Below are positions 8,421 through 17,135 of a DNA stretch of 64,000 bases, one piece after another; the first letter of the stretch is position 1, and every line of letters starts with the position of its first letter. This stretch comes from Acidimicrobiales bacterium. GTDB lineage: Bacteria > Actinomycetota > Acidimicrobiia > Acidimicrobiales > GCA-2861595. The translations under genes and the position numbers were made by a program. The notes under the pieces are model-generated. The model made no database searches and was not told the DNA's origin. It worked only from the letters and a program-made list of their open reading frames with translations. The stretch spans positions 45,251 to 109,250 of the forward strand of contig DATLCN010000046.1 of the NCBI GenBank assembly GCA_035526335.1, in the 5' to 3' direction.

Positions 8421-9370
8421 TGCAGCCACCTTCCACAGGGCTGCACCTGGTGGGTCGGCCCGTGTTGCGGGCCGCCACGCGCGGGAGCGCGCTCGCCGTC
8501 TGGCAGACGGACTTCGTGGCCTCGCTGGTGGCCACGGAGTGTGGAGTCGCCGTGGAGCGGGTCGTCGTCGAGACCGCCGGCGATCTCCGCCAGGACGCCC
8601 ACATCTGGGAGATCGGCGGCCGTGGCGTCTTCGTCAAGGAGGTGCAGGCCGCAGTGCTGCAGGGCCGGGCCGACTTCGCCGTCCATTCGGCCAAGGATCT
8701 CCCGTCGTCGGTCACGGCGGGGCTGGTCATCGCCGCGGTGCCCGTACGGGCCGATCCCCGTGACGCGCTCGTCGGCTCCACTCTCGAGGATCTGCCGACG
8801 GGCGGTCTCGTGGCCACGGGGTCCGTGCGCCGGCGGGCGCAGTTGGCGTCGCTGCGCCCGGACCTGACTTTCACCGGCCTCCGCGGCAATGTCGGTACTA
8901 GGCTGGCCAAGGCTTCCGGTCACGCGGCGATCGTGATGGCCGCCGCCGCTCTCGACCGCCTCGACCACGCCGACCGCGCCGCCGAGGTGCTCGACTGCTC
9001 CGTGATGGTTCCCCAGGTCGGTCAGGGCGCCCTCGCCGTGGAGGCGCGAGAGGACGATCTCGAGGTGCTGGAGCTGCTGAGGGCCGTCCAACACGGTCCG
9101 TCCCGGGTGGCGGTGGACGCCGAGCGTGCCTATCTGGCCGAGATCGGGGGTGGCTGCGACCTGCCGGTCGGCGCCTACGCCCGCGTGGGCGGCGACGGCG
9201 GCCTGCACATGGATGCGGTGCTCGGCAGCCTGGACGGCCGCATCGTCCTGCGGGTGGCGGGCGAGGCCGGCGCCGGCGCCGGCGAGGACCTCGGACGGGC
9301 TCTCGCCCGGCGCCTCCTCGACGAATGCGGTGGAGCCTGGCTGCTCGACGGACTCCGGTCCCTGGCGTGA
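8420..9370 (+). CDS. hemC: Hydroxymethylbilane synthase (porphobilinogen deaminase)
   Basis: RAATRGSALAVWQTDFV, GGRGVFVKEVQ, HSAKDLP, RGNVGTRL and a C-terminal GGGCDLPVGAY cofactor-Cys loop. Confidence 0.9.
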   Translation: MQPPSTGLHLVGRPVLRAATRGSALAVWQTDFVASLVATECGVAVERVVVETAGDLRQDAHIWEIGGRGVFVKEVQAAVLQGRADFAVHSAKDLPSSVTAGLVIAAVPVRADPRDALVGSTLEDLPTGGLVATGSVRRRAQLASLRPDLTFTGLRGNVGTRLAKASGHAAIVMAAAALDRLDHADRAAEVLDCSVMVPQVGQGALAVEAREDDLEVLELLRAVQHGPSRVAVDAERAYLAEIGGGCDLPVGAYARVGGDGGLHMDAVLGSLDGRIVLRVAGEAGAGAGEDLGRALARRLLDECGGAWLLDGLRSLA

Positions 9371-9440
9371 CGCCGTCATCCCGCCGGCGTTGGGAGCACA
9401 AGTACATGGCGGGCGGTTCCGGCCCTCAGTCAGTTCGGAA

Positions 9441-10922
9441 GTGGCAGGGGTGACCGTCTACCTGGTCGGCGCCGGCCCGGGTGACCCCGGCCTGCTGACC
9501 CTGCGCGGGGCCGAGCTGCTCGGTCGGGCCGACGTCGTGGTCCACGACCGTCTGGCCGAGGCGCAGCTGCTGGACCTGGCGCCGGCGGCGGCCGAGCGCA
9601 TCGACGTGGGCAAGCAGCCGGGCCGGCCCGTGGCCCAGGAGTACGTGAACGAGCTGCTGGTGGAGAGGGGCCTGGCCGGGATGGAGGTGGTCCGTCTGAA
9701 GGGCGGCGATCCCTTCGTGTTCGGCCGGGGCGGCGAGGAGGCGCTCGCCCTCCTGGAGGCCGGAGTGCCTTTCGAAGTGGTGCCGGGAGTGACGTCGGCC
9801 GTGGCCGCCCCCGCGTACGCCGGCGTGCCCCTCACCCACCGGGGGCTCTCGACGTCCTTCACCGTCGTCACCGGCCACAGCCGCCCGCGCAACGAAGGCC
9901 TCCAGACCGACCGGGGCCCGAACTGGGAGGCCCTCGCCGCCGCCGGCGGGACCATCGTGGTGCTGATGGGCGTGTCCGAGCGACCTGAATACGCGGCCAG
10001 GCTCCGTGCCGGAGGTCTGCCTGGCACCACCCCGGTGCTCTGTGTGCACTGGGGGACCAGGCCGCAGCAGCGCAGTGTCCGCACGACGCTCGCCGAACTG
10101 CCCGAAGTTGCTCTCGAGCCGCCGGCCACCATCGTGATCGGTGAGGTGGCCGCCTTGGACCTGTCATGGTTCGAACGCCGCCCGTTGTTCGGTCGCAGGA
10201 TCGTGGTCACCCGCCCGCCTGATCAGGCGCCGGCACTGGTCCGCGCGTTGCGGGGGAAAGGGGCGGAGACAGTGGTGTTGCCGGTTATCGCCATCACAGA
10301 CCCCGCCGACGGCGGCGCCGACCTGCGGGCGGCCGCGGAGGCCCTCAACGACTACGACTGGGTGGTGTTCACCTCTGCCAATGCCGTCGAGCGCCTGGTC
10401 GCCCTCCTGCCGGACGCCCGGTCCTTCGGCGCCGCCCGCATCGCCGCCATCGGCACGGGTACCGCCGCCGCCCTGGCCGCGGCACGGCTGGTTCCCGACC
10501 TGGTGCCCGACCGGTTCGTGGCCGAATCCCTCCTCGAAGCGTTTTCACCGCCCGCCCATCGAGGTTCCCGCGTCCTGCTCCCGGCGGCCGCCGCCGCCCG
10601 CCAGGTCCTGCCCGAGGGGCTACGGGCACGCGGCTACGACGTGCACGTCGTGGAGGCCTACCGCACCCAGCCGGGGGACCTGTCGCCGGCGGCGATGGCC
10701 GAGGCTGCCGGCGCCGACGCCATCGCCTTCACGTCTTCATCGACGGTCACCGAATACCTCGCCGTCGCCGGGGCGGACACCGTGCCGCCGGTGGTGGCCT
10801 GCATCGGCCCCGTGACCTCGGCCACCGCCCGGGAAAACGGCTTGACGGTCGCCGTCGAGGCCGGCGTCCACACGGTCCGGGGCCTCGTCGACGCCTTGGA
10901 GCAGTACTTCGGAGGATCCTGA
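9441..10922 (+). CDS. cobA/hemD: Bifunctional uroporphyrinogen-III C-methyltransferase / uroporphyrinogen-III synthase
   Basis: N-terminal VYLVGAGPGDPGLLTLRGAELL...VVRLKGGDPFVFGRGGEE (tetrapyrrole methylase). C-terminal half resembles HemD (RIVVTRP...VVFTSANAV...IAFTSSSTV). Start at GTG 9441 or 9450. The ORF-track extension to 9126 overlaps hemC. Confidence 0.85.
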   Translation: MAGVTVYLVGAGPGDPGLLTLRGAELLGRADVVVHDRLAEAQLLDLAPAAAERIDVGKQPGRPVAQEYVNELLVERGLAGMEVVRLKGGDPFVFGRGGEEALALLEAGVPFEVVPGVTSAVAAPAYAGVPLTHRGLSTSFTVVTGHSRPRNEGLQTDRGPNWEALAAAGGTIVVLMGVSERPEYAARLRAGGLPGTTPVLCVHWGTRPQQRSVRTTLAELPEVALEPPATIVIGEVAALDLSWFERRPLFGRRIVVTRPPDQAPALVRALRGKGAETVVLPVIAITDPADGGADLRAAAEALNDYDWVVFTSANAVERLVALLPDARSFGAARIAAIGTGTAAALAAARLVPDLVPDRFVAESLLEAFSPPAHRGSRVLLPAAAAARQVLPEGLRARGYDVHVVEAYRTQPGDLSPAAMAEAAGADAIAFTSSSTVTEYLAVAGADTVPPVVACIGPVTSATARENGLTVAVEAGVHTVRGLVDALEQYFGGS

Positions 10923-11011
10923 GCGTCCAGACAAGGCCAACGAAAGCGACGAAAAGACACGCTGTGGTCGCCCCGACGCCGGTGCAGGGTTTCGGGACGT
11001 ACCCTTGCGGA

Positions 11012-12001
11012 ATGGCCTTTCCCGCCCGCCGGCTGCGCCGTCTGCGGCGCACAGCCGCGCTGCGCCGGCTGGTGGCGGAGACCCGCCTCGGCGTGGACGA
11101 CCTCGTCGTGCCGCTCTTCGTCCGCGACGGGATCGACGCTCCCCAACTGATCGCGTCGCTGCCCGGAGTGGTTCAGCACACGCGCGAATCACTGGTGAAA
11201 GAGGTCCGGGAGCTGGCCGGACTGGGACTGCCCGGAGTGCTCCTGTTCGGGGTTCCGGCCGCCGGAACCAAGGATCCGACCGGCAGTGGCGCATGGGCGC
11301 ACGACGGCATCGTGCAGGTGGCGCTCCGGGACCTACGCGACGAGGTGGGTGACGCCGTGGTGGTGATGGCCGACCTCTGCCTCGATCCCTACACCGAGCA
11401 CGGGCACTGCGGTGTCCTGGACGACGGGGGCCAGCCGGACAACGACGCCACCCTCGAGCTGTACGCCAAGGTCGCGCTGGCCCAAGCTGGCGCCGGCGCC
11501 GACGTGGTCGCGCCCAGCGGGATGATGGACGGTCAGGTGGCCGCCATCAGAGCCGCGCTGGACGGCACGGGCCATGACCAGACGGCGATCCTGGCCTATT
11601 CGGCCAAGTACGCCTCTTCCCTCTACGGCCCCTTTCGGGACGCCGTCGACACGGCCATCGCCGGCGGAGGAGACCGGAGCGCCTATCAGCAGGATCTCCG
11701 CAACAGCCGGGAGGCTCTGGCCGAGGCGACCGAGGATGTTCTCGAGGGAGCCGACATGGTCATGGTGAAGCCCGCTCTGGCCTACCTCGACGTGATCGTC
11801 GCCGTGCGGGCTGCGGTCGACGTTCCGGTGGCCGCCTTCCACGTGAGCGGCGAGTACGCCATGATCAAAGCGGCCGCCGAGCGTGGTTGGGTGGACGGGG
11901 CGGCAGTGGCCTTGGAGCACGTCAGCGCCATCAAGCGCGCCGGCGCCGACATCGTCGTCACCTACCTCGCCCGGGAGCTGGCCGAGTCGCTGAATGCCTG
12001 A
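11012..12001 (+). CDS. hemB: Porphobilinogen synthase (delta-aminolevulinate dehydratase)
   Basis: RRLRRLRRTAALRRLV N-terminus. PSGMMDGQV, MVKPALAYLDV (Schiff-base Lys) and AFHVSGEYAM motifs. Confidence 0.9.
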   Translation: MAFPARRLRRLRRTAALRRLVAETRLGVDDLVVPLFVRDGIDAPQLIASLPGVVQHTRESLVKEVRELAGLGLPGVLLFGVPAAGTKDPTGSGAWAHDGIVQVALRDLRDEVGDAVVVMADLCLDPYTEHGHCGVLDDGGQPDNDATLELYAKVALAQAGAGADVVAPSGMMDGQVAAIRAALDGTGHDQTAILAYSAKYASSLYGPFRDAVDTAIAGGGDRSAYQQDLRNSREALAEATEDVLEGADMVMVKPALAYLDVIVAVRAAVDVPVAAFHVSGEYAMIKAAAERGWVDGAAVALEHVSAIKRAGADIVVTYLARELAESLNA

Positions 12002-13256
12002 GAACGCCGAGCTCTGGAAGCGGGCCGGCGAGTCGATCCCCGGCGGCGTGAACTCGCCGGTGCGGGCCTTCGGCAACGTCGGCGGCACCCCGTACTTCGT
12101 GCAGAGGGCCGAGGGTGCCTACGTGTGGGACGTGGAGGGTCGGCGCTACCTCGACTACGTGCAGTCGTACGGCGCGTCGATTCTCGGCCACGCCCACCCC
12201 TCCGTTGTCGACGCCGTACAGCGGGCTGCCCTCGACGGAATGACCTACGGCGCACCGACCGAGCGCGAGGTCCTGCTGGCCGAGGCCATCCGTGACCGCG
12301 TCGAAGGTTGCGAGATGGTGCGCCTCGTTTCGACCGGGACCGAGGCCACGATGACGGCGGTGCGAGTGGCCCGGGGCTTCACCGGCCGCTTCCGGGTGGT
12401 GAAGTTCGCCGGCTGCTACCACGGCCACAGCGACGGGCTTCTCGCCGCCGCCGGCAGCGGCGTGGCCACCCTCGGGCTGCCCGGCTCGGCCGGCGTCCCT
12501 CCGGAGGCTGTCGCCCAGACGCTGGTCGTGCCCTACAACCAGGTGCCTGTCGTCGATGGCGACGTGGCCTGCGTGATCGTGGAGCCCGTGGCCGCCAACA
12601 TGGGCCTGGTCCCACCGGCCCCCGGATTTCTCGAAGGCCTCCGCTCCGCCTGTGACGAGGCCGGCGCGCTGGTGATCTTCGACGAGGTCATCACCGGCTT
12701 CCGGGTCGGGCCCGGGGGCGCCTCGGCGATGGTCGGGGTCCGGCCGGATCTCTGGTGCTTCGGCAAGGTCGTCGGCGGCGGCCTCCCACTGGCCGCCCTG
12801 GCCGGGCGTCGGGAGGTCATGGAGATGCTGGCTCCGCTCGGCCCCGTGTATCAGGCCGGCACCCTGTCGGGAAACCCGCTGGCCACCGCGGCCGGCCTCG
12901 CCGTGCTCGGCCTTCTGGACGCCGCCGCCTACACCATGCTCGCCGGCCGCGCCGCCGAGCTCGCCCGTCTCCTCACGGACGTCTTCGCCGAAGCCGGCGT
13001 GCCCGCCCAATTCCCCGTGTTCGGCACCCTGCTCGGTCTGTTCTTCTCCGAACAACCCGTCACCGACTACGACGACGCCGGAGCCGCCTGTGCCAACGGC
13101 AAGTACGCCGACTTCTTCCGAGCCATGCTCGACCGTGGCGTGGCCCTCGCCCCCGGCCCCTACGAGGTCCTGTTCCCGAGCCTGGCCCACAGCCGCGATG
13201 ACATCGAACGTACCGCCGACGTAGCCCGAGCCGCCCTCGCCGCGCTGCCCGCCTGA
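11994..13256 (+). CDS. hemL: Glutamate-1-semialdehyde 2,1-aminomutase
   Basis: IPGGVNSPVRAF, SGTEATMTAVRVARG and FDEVITGFRV...FGKVVGGGLP (PLP Lys). Confidence 0.92.
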   Translation: MPENAELWKRAGESIPGGVNSPVRAFGNVGGTPYFVQRAEGAYVWDVEGRRYLDYVQSYGASILGHAHPSVVDAVQRAALDGMTYGAPTEREVLLAEAIRDRVEGCEMVRLVSTGTEATMTAVRVARGFTGRFRVVKFAGCYHGHSDGLLAAAGSGVATLGLPGSAGVPPEAVAQTLVVPYNQVPVVDGDVACVIVEPVAANMGLVPPAPGFLEGLRSACDEAGALVIFDEVITGFRVGPGGASAMVGVRPDLWCFGKVVGGGLPLAALAGRREVMEMLAPLGPVYQAGTLSGNPLATAAGLAVLGLLDAAAYTMLAGRAAELARLLTDVFAEAGVPAQFPVFGTLLGLFFSEQPVTDYDDAGAACANGKYADFFRAMLDRGVALAPGPYEVLFPSLAHSRDDIERTADVARAALAALPA

Positions 13257-13287
13257 GGACCCGCTCGGCGGGCAGGGACGACCGGCG

Positions 13288-14538
13288 TCAGCGAGAAGGA
13301 GCGAGCCGGGCGATCGCGGCCACGGCCTTGTAGGCCGCTTCGGCCGGGCCCAACTCGTCGGGGCGCAGAAGGTTGGCCATGATCCGGAGGATCCACTCCA
13401 TCAGGGTCCTCGACCTCATCCCTGTGCTCACCAGTGCCCGCATGAGCTGGGGGTGACCGATGATCCTGACGAAGGCGCGGGCCACCTTGAAGTACAGCTC
13501 GTACTCGGCGGCGACCTGGCGGGAGTACCCCTGCAAGGCGCCGGCGTCACCGGTCTCCAGGGCGGTTCCCACTGCTCCGGCCGCCATACGGCCGGTCTCG
13601 TAGGCGTAGCAGATGCCTTCGCCGTTGAAGGGGTTGATGGCGCCGCTGGCGTCGCCGATGACGAGATGACTCGGTCCCGCACTCGGGTTCACGGAGAAGG
13701 CCATGGGCAGCTTCCCTCCGGTGGGCGCGCCGCAGGAGGTCGCCGGGCGGATGTCCCACGAGGCCGGCGCCGTCTCGGCGAACGAAGTCATCAGGTGGCT
13801 GGTGTTCACGTCCTTCCACTTCTTGAAGGTGGACAGCAGACCGATGCCGACGTTGATCCGCCCGTCGCCCACCGGGAAGATCCATCCGTACCCCGGCAGG
13901 TTGTTGCCGGAGCGGTCACGAAGGTCGAGGTGGCTCTCTATCCAGGGCTCGTCGTGGCGGGGCGAGGTGTAGTAGCCGCGGATTGCCATGCCCAGTGGGT
14001 AGGCACGGTCACGGCTGGTGCCCATCGCCCGCCCGAAGCGGGAGTTGGCTCCGTCGGCGACCACCACGTACCGGGCCCGCACCTCCTCGGTGTTGCCGCT
14101 TTCCTTGTGCTTGAGCACTGCTCCGGTGACCCGGTCGCCATCGGCGAGAGGGGCGACGGCCTCGGTCTCCTGCCACACGGTGGCGCCGGCCTTCTGTGCC
14201 CGCTCCGCCACCAGCGCGTCGAGATCCTTGCGGGTGACGACGTACCCGTAGCTGGGGAAGTCGGGGTGCTCGGGCCATTTCAGCTCGAGGGTGCGCCCGA
14301 AGGCCAGGGACCTGAGGCCGTCGAAGCGGTGATGGCCCGCCAGCTCGTCGGCCAGACCCATGTCCTGGAGCTGCTTCACCGACCGGGGCGTGAGGCCGTC
14401 TCCGCAGGTCTTCTCTCTCGGGTAGCGCTTCTTCTCCGCCACCGCCACGTCGTGACCGGCCAGCGCCAGCCAGTATGCGCACGACGCCCCGGCAGGTCCG
14501 CCCCCGACGACCAGGACGTCGTGGGCTGGGCCGGTCAC
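13288..14538 (-). CDS. Geranylgeranyl reductase family FAD-dependent oxidoreductase (menaquinone/isoprenoid side-chain reductase-like)
   Basis: HDVLVVGGGPAGASCAYWLA dinucleotide fold. KTCGDGLTP and LVIGDASGAINPFNGEGI motifs. GTG start overlaps the upstream stop (GTGA). Confidence 0.8.
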   Translation of the reverse strand: MTGPAHDVLVVGGGPAGASCAYWLALAGHDVAVAEKKRYPREKTCGDGLTPRSVKQLQDMGLADELAGHHRFDGLRSLAFGRTLELKWPEHPDFPSYGYVVTRKDLDALVAERAQKAGATVWQETEAVAPLADGDRVTGAVLKHKESGNTEEVRARYVVVADGANSRFGRAMGTSRDRAYPLGMAIRGYYTSPRHDEPWIESHLDLRDRSGNNLPGYGWIFPVGDGRINVGIGLLSTFKKWKDVNTSHLMTSFAETAPASWDIRPATSCGAPTGGKLPMAFSVNPSAGPSHLVIGDASGAINPFNGEGICYAYETGRMAAGAVGTALETGDAGALQGYSRQVAAEYELYFKVARAFVRIIGHPQLMRALVSTGMRSRTLMEWILRIMANLLRPDELGPAEAAYKAVAAIARLAPSR

Positions 14539-15260
14539 AGCTTCTCGCGCTCGTAGGCGACTACCGCCTTGATCTCCGCGTCGGAGAGACCGGGGAAGCC
14601 CGGCATGATGCCCTTGGCCGGCCCGCGCTGGCCGCCGGGTCGGTCGGGGTCGCCGTAGGGCTGGCCCTTCACGCCCCCGGAACCGGACTTGATCCACGCC
14701 TCGTGGTCGGCCTCTTCAGGGAAGGTGATCGCCGACTCGCCGCCGGCCAGAGCCGGCCCCACGCCGCCTTCGCCCGCCGCGCCGTGGCACGAGGAGCAGC
14801 CCTGCGAGCGGTACACCTGGGCGCCGAGCACGAGAGGGTCGAGGACCTTCTTCTCGCCACGCTCACCGAACGCTCCCAGGTAGAGGAACCCCCAGAACGG
14901 CAGCAGGACGAATAGCGGCATGACCCACATGGGCAGGCGGGTGCGCGCTACGGCTTCAGCGGCGATGTAGGAGGGGTGAACCGGCTCGTCGACGGCCGCC
15001 GGCGGAGCCGACGGTGTCGCCGGCGCCGGCAACGAGGCAGCCTGGTCCGAAGCGGGCGACGCTGCCGGCGCCACTGCGGGAACGCCACCCTCACCACCAG
15101 CCGGGGCCTCGCCACCCTCAGCGCCACCGCCCAGGCCGAGAGCGGCGCGGCGCTCTCGCGACCGGCGCAGGAGGTGGTCGGGTACTTCTGTCACCGGCGG
15201 GACTGTAGTGGCGCGTACCCCGCTCCCACCAGGCACGAACTGGGTGTGCCAGGGCGCCAT
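14535..15260 (-). CDS. Membrane-anchored monohaem c-type cytochrome
   Basis: A single CSSCH haem motif. One TM segment (LPMWVMPLFVLLPFWGFLYLGAF). C-terminal MPGFPGLSDAEIKAVVAYE, typical of class I cytochrome c. The start is uncertain (ATG 15260 or GTG 15194). Confidence 0.75.
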   Translation of the reverse strand: MAPWHTQFVPGGSGVRATTVPPVTEVPDHLLRRSRERRAALGLGGGAEGGEAPAGGEGGVPAVAPAASPASDQAASLPAPATPSAPPAAVDEPVHPSYIAAEAVARTRLPMWVMPLFVLLPFWGFLYLGAFGERGEKKVLDPLVLGAQVYRSQGCSSCHGAAGEGGVGPALAGGESAITFPEEADHEAWIKSGSGGVKGQPYGDPDRPGGQRGPAKGIMPGFPGLSDAEIKAVVAYEREKL

Positions 15261-15339
15261 ATCCCGATGTGGAGTCGCGAAACGGCGCGTGGTAGAACCG
15301 AACCGTGGTTCCTGCGGTGGGGGACGAGCAGCCCTCCGC

Positions 15340-15361
15340 TAGAATGTGAGCGGTTTCACGA
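15340..15361 (+). promoter_or_regulatory. -10-like hexamer TAGAAT (15340-15345) overlapped by a candidate Rex operator aTGTGAGcggtTTCACga (15344-15361)
   Basis: Inverted repeat TGTGAG-N4-TTCACG, 5/6 + 5/6 against the Streptomyces-type TGTGAA-N4-TTCACA. It sits just upstream of the first bc operon gene (ATG 15379). Confidence 0.55.
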
Positions 15362-15378
15362 GTCACGGAAGAGAGTGG

Positions 15379-15840
15379 ATGGTCGCCTTCCTGGTATCAC
15401 TGATCATCACAATCGGGATGTGCGGCATCATCGTGCTCGTGGGCAAACGGCGGCCTCCCGGAACCCCCGTCACATGGGGCGAGGCGTTCGTGGCCGCGAC
15501 GTTCATGTTCGCTCTCATGCTCCTCATGTACGGCGTCGTGCCGAACCAGTGGCTCGCCTGGTCCGACAACGAGCTGGGCTGGCGGAGCGACTCCCTCGGC
15601 ATCCCGACCCCATTCGGCCGCCTGTTCGAGGACGGCCTCCGCTTCGGGGGCCGCGGCCAGATCATCATCACGGCCCAGGTGGTGCGCGACATCATCGCCA
15701 CCACCATCTACATCGTGTTCTTCGCCGGCCAGATCGTCGGATGGCTGTGGTGGCAGAAGAAGCGGGGACGGCGTCCTGTGGCCGCCGCCGGCGAGATCAA
15801 GACCTCCGCGTTCGGGCGACCACTGGCCAGGAAGGCCTGA
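15379..15840 (+). CDS. Small integral membrane protein, first gene of the bc operon, unknown function
   Basis: 3-4 TM segments. ATG 15379 is preceded by GGAAGAGAG. It sits downstream of a TAGAAT -10-like hexamer and a Rex-box-like palindrome. Confidence 0.5.
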   Translation: MVAFLVSLIITIGMCGIIVLVGKRRPPGTPVTWGEAFVAATFMFALMLLMYGVVPNQWLAWSDNELGWRSDSLGIPTPFGRLFEDGLRFGGRGQIIITAQVVRDIIATTIYIVFFAGQIVGWLWWQKKRGRRPVAAAGEIKTSAFGRPLARKA

Positions 15841-15853
15841 GGAAGGAGCACCG

Positions 15854-16267
15854 ATGGCGAAAACGGATGCGAACCCTCCCCTGCCCTCGTTCCCGGGCGA
15901 GTACGTGCTCACCGAGGTCGAGCCCTCTGCACTCTCGATGTCGGTCAAGCCCAAGCAGTTCCTCCACATCGACCAGTCCGAATGCATCATGTGCGAGGGC
16001 TGCGTGGACATCTGCCCGTGGAAGTGCATCCACATGCTGTCCACGGACACCATCACCGACGCGGTCAACACCGAGCAACCCGGCCTCGATCCCGACGACC
16101 ACGTCGTCTTCGTGGTCGACGAGGACGTCTGCACCCGTTGCGGCCTGTGCGTCGACCGCTGCCCCACCGGAGTGATCATCATGGGCAAGGCCGGCCTCGG
16201 CGCTCGTGACGGCGATCGCCACCAGCGTGACAACAAGCACGGGTACTCCTACGGGATGCGGTTCTAA
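15854..16267 (+). CDS. 2x[4Fe-4S] ferredoxin-domain protein
   Basis: Two complete CxxCxxCxxxCP motifs: CIMCEGCVDICP and CTRCGLCVDRCP. Confidence 0.8.
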   Translation: MAKTDANPPLPSFPGEYVLTEVEPSALSMSVKPKQFLHIDQSECIMCEGCVDICPWKCIHMLSTDTITDAVNTEQPGLDPDDHVVFVVDEDVCTRCGLCVDRCPTGVIIMGKAGLGARDGDRHQRDNKHGYSYGMRF

Positions 16268-16291
16268 GGGCCGAGGGGAGCACCGAACGAG

Positions 16292-17071
16292 ATGGCCAAG
16301 CGCCTGGCAGCAAGAGAGCACTTCTCCAAGAAAATGGCGGAGCGCATGGAGTCGATGCAGGGCTCTCAGATCTGGGGCTCGATCTTCCGACCCGGTTCCA
16401 TCTTCCGCAAGGGCTACACCGACAGCCCGAGGAACCGCTCCTACGTGATCATGAACTCGGTGATGTACCACCTTCACCCGGTGAAGGTGAAGCGCCACGC
16501 GGTGAAGGTGAGCTACACCCTCTGCCTGGGCGGCCTGTCGTTCTTCCTGTTCATGCTCCTGACCGTCACGGGCATCTTCCTGATGTTCTTCTACAGACCC
16601 ACCGCCGCTCAGGCCTGGAACGACATCTCCACCCTTCACACATCTGTGGCCTTCGGCCTGCTCGTCCGCAACATGCACCGATGGGCGGCTCACCTGATGG
16701 TGCTGTCGGTGTTCCTCCACATGGCGCGGGTCTTCTACCACGGCGCCTACAAGCCGCCCCGGGAGTTCAACTGGGTGATCGGCGTCGTGTTGCTCACTCT
16801 CACGCTGTTGCTGTCGTTCACCGGTTACCTGCTGCCGTGGGACCAGCTGGCGCTATGGGCGGTGACGGTGGGAACGAACATGATGGGCTACACCCCGGTG
16901 TTCGGCAGTCAGGTCCGCTTCGTGCTGCTCGGCGGCGTCGAGATCGGCACCGACACCCTGTTGCGATGGTACGTACTGCACGTGCTGATGCTTCCCTTCG
17001 TCATCGTCATCTTCATGGCTGTCCATTTCTGGCGGGTCCGCAAGGACGGCGGGATCTCCGGACCGCTGTAG
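16292..17071 (+). CDS. Cytochrome b6-type (short, 4-helix) cytochrome b subunit
   Basis: Helix B shows H-x13-H (HRWAAHLMVLSVFLH). Helix D shows H-x14-H (HVLMLPFVIVIFMAVH), the b6-type spacing. The N-terminal YTLCLGG aligns with the b6 FYCLGG haem-ci Cys. The protein ends after helix D. Confidence 0.88.
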   Translation: MAKRLAAREHFSKKMAERMESMQGSQIWGSIFRPGSIFRKGYTDSPRNRSYVIMNSVMYHLHPVKVKRHAVKVSYTLCLGGLSFFLFMLLTVTGIFLMFFYRPTAAQAWNDISTLHTSVAFGLLVRNMHRWAAHLMVLSVFLHMARVFYHGAYKPPREFNWVIGVVLLTLTLLLSFTGYLLPWDQLALWAVTVGTNMMGYTPVFGSQVRFVLLGGVEIGTDTLLRWYVLHVLMLPFVIVIFMAVHFWRVRKDGGISGPL

Positions 17072-17135
17072 ACGACGATGACCCAGCCTCTCGACACAGC
17101 ATCTGCACCGATCCGGCGAGCCCGCGGAGGTAGCC

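Noticed and set aside
6544-13256. The haem operon organisation (sirC-like gene between rex and hemA, cobA-hemD fusion), considered as a novelty.
   Set aside because: Rex-linked hem operons and CobA/HemD fusions are well known in high-GC Gram-positive bacteria. This is an ordinary core operon.
13257-13287. Short stem (CCCGC-tcg-GCGGG) between convergent hemL and the geranylgeranyl reductase gene, considered as a bidirectional terminator.
   Set aside because: The stem is only 5 bp, with no flanking T/A tract. It is too weak to call.
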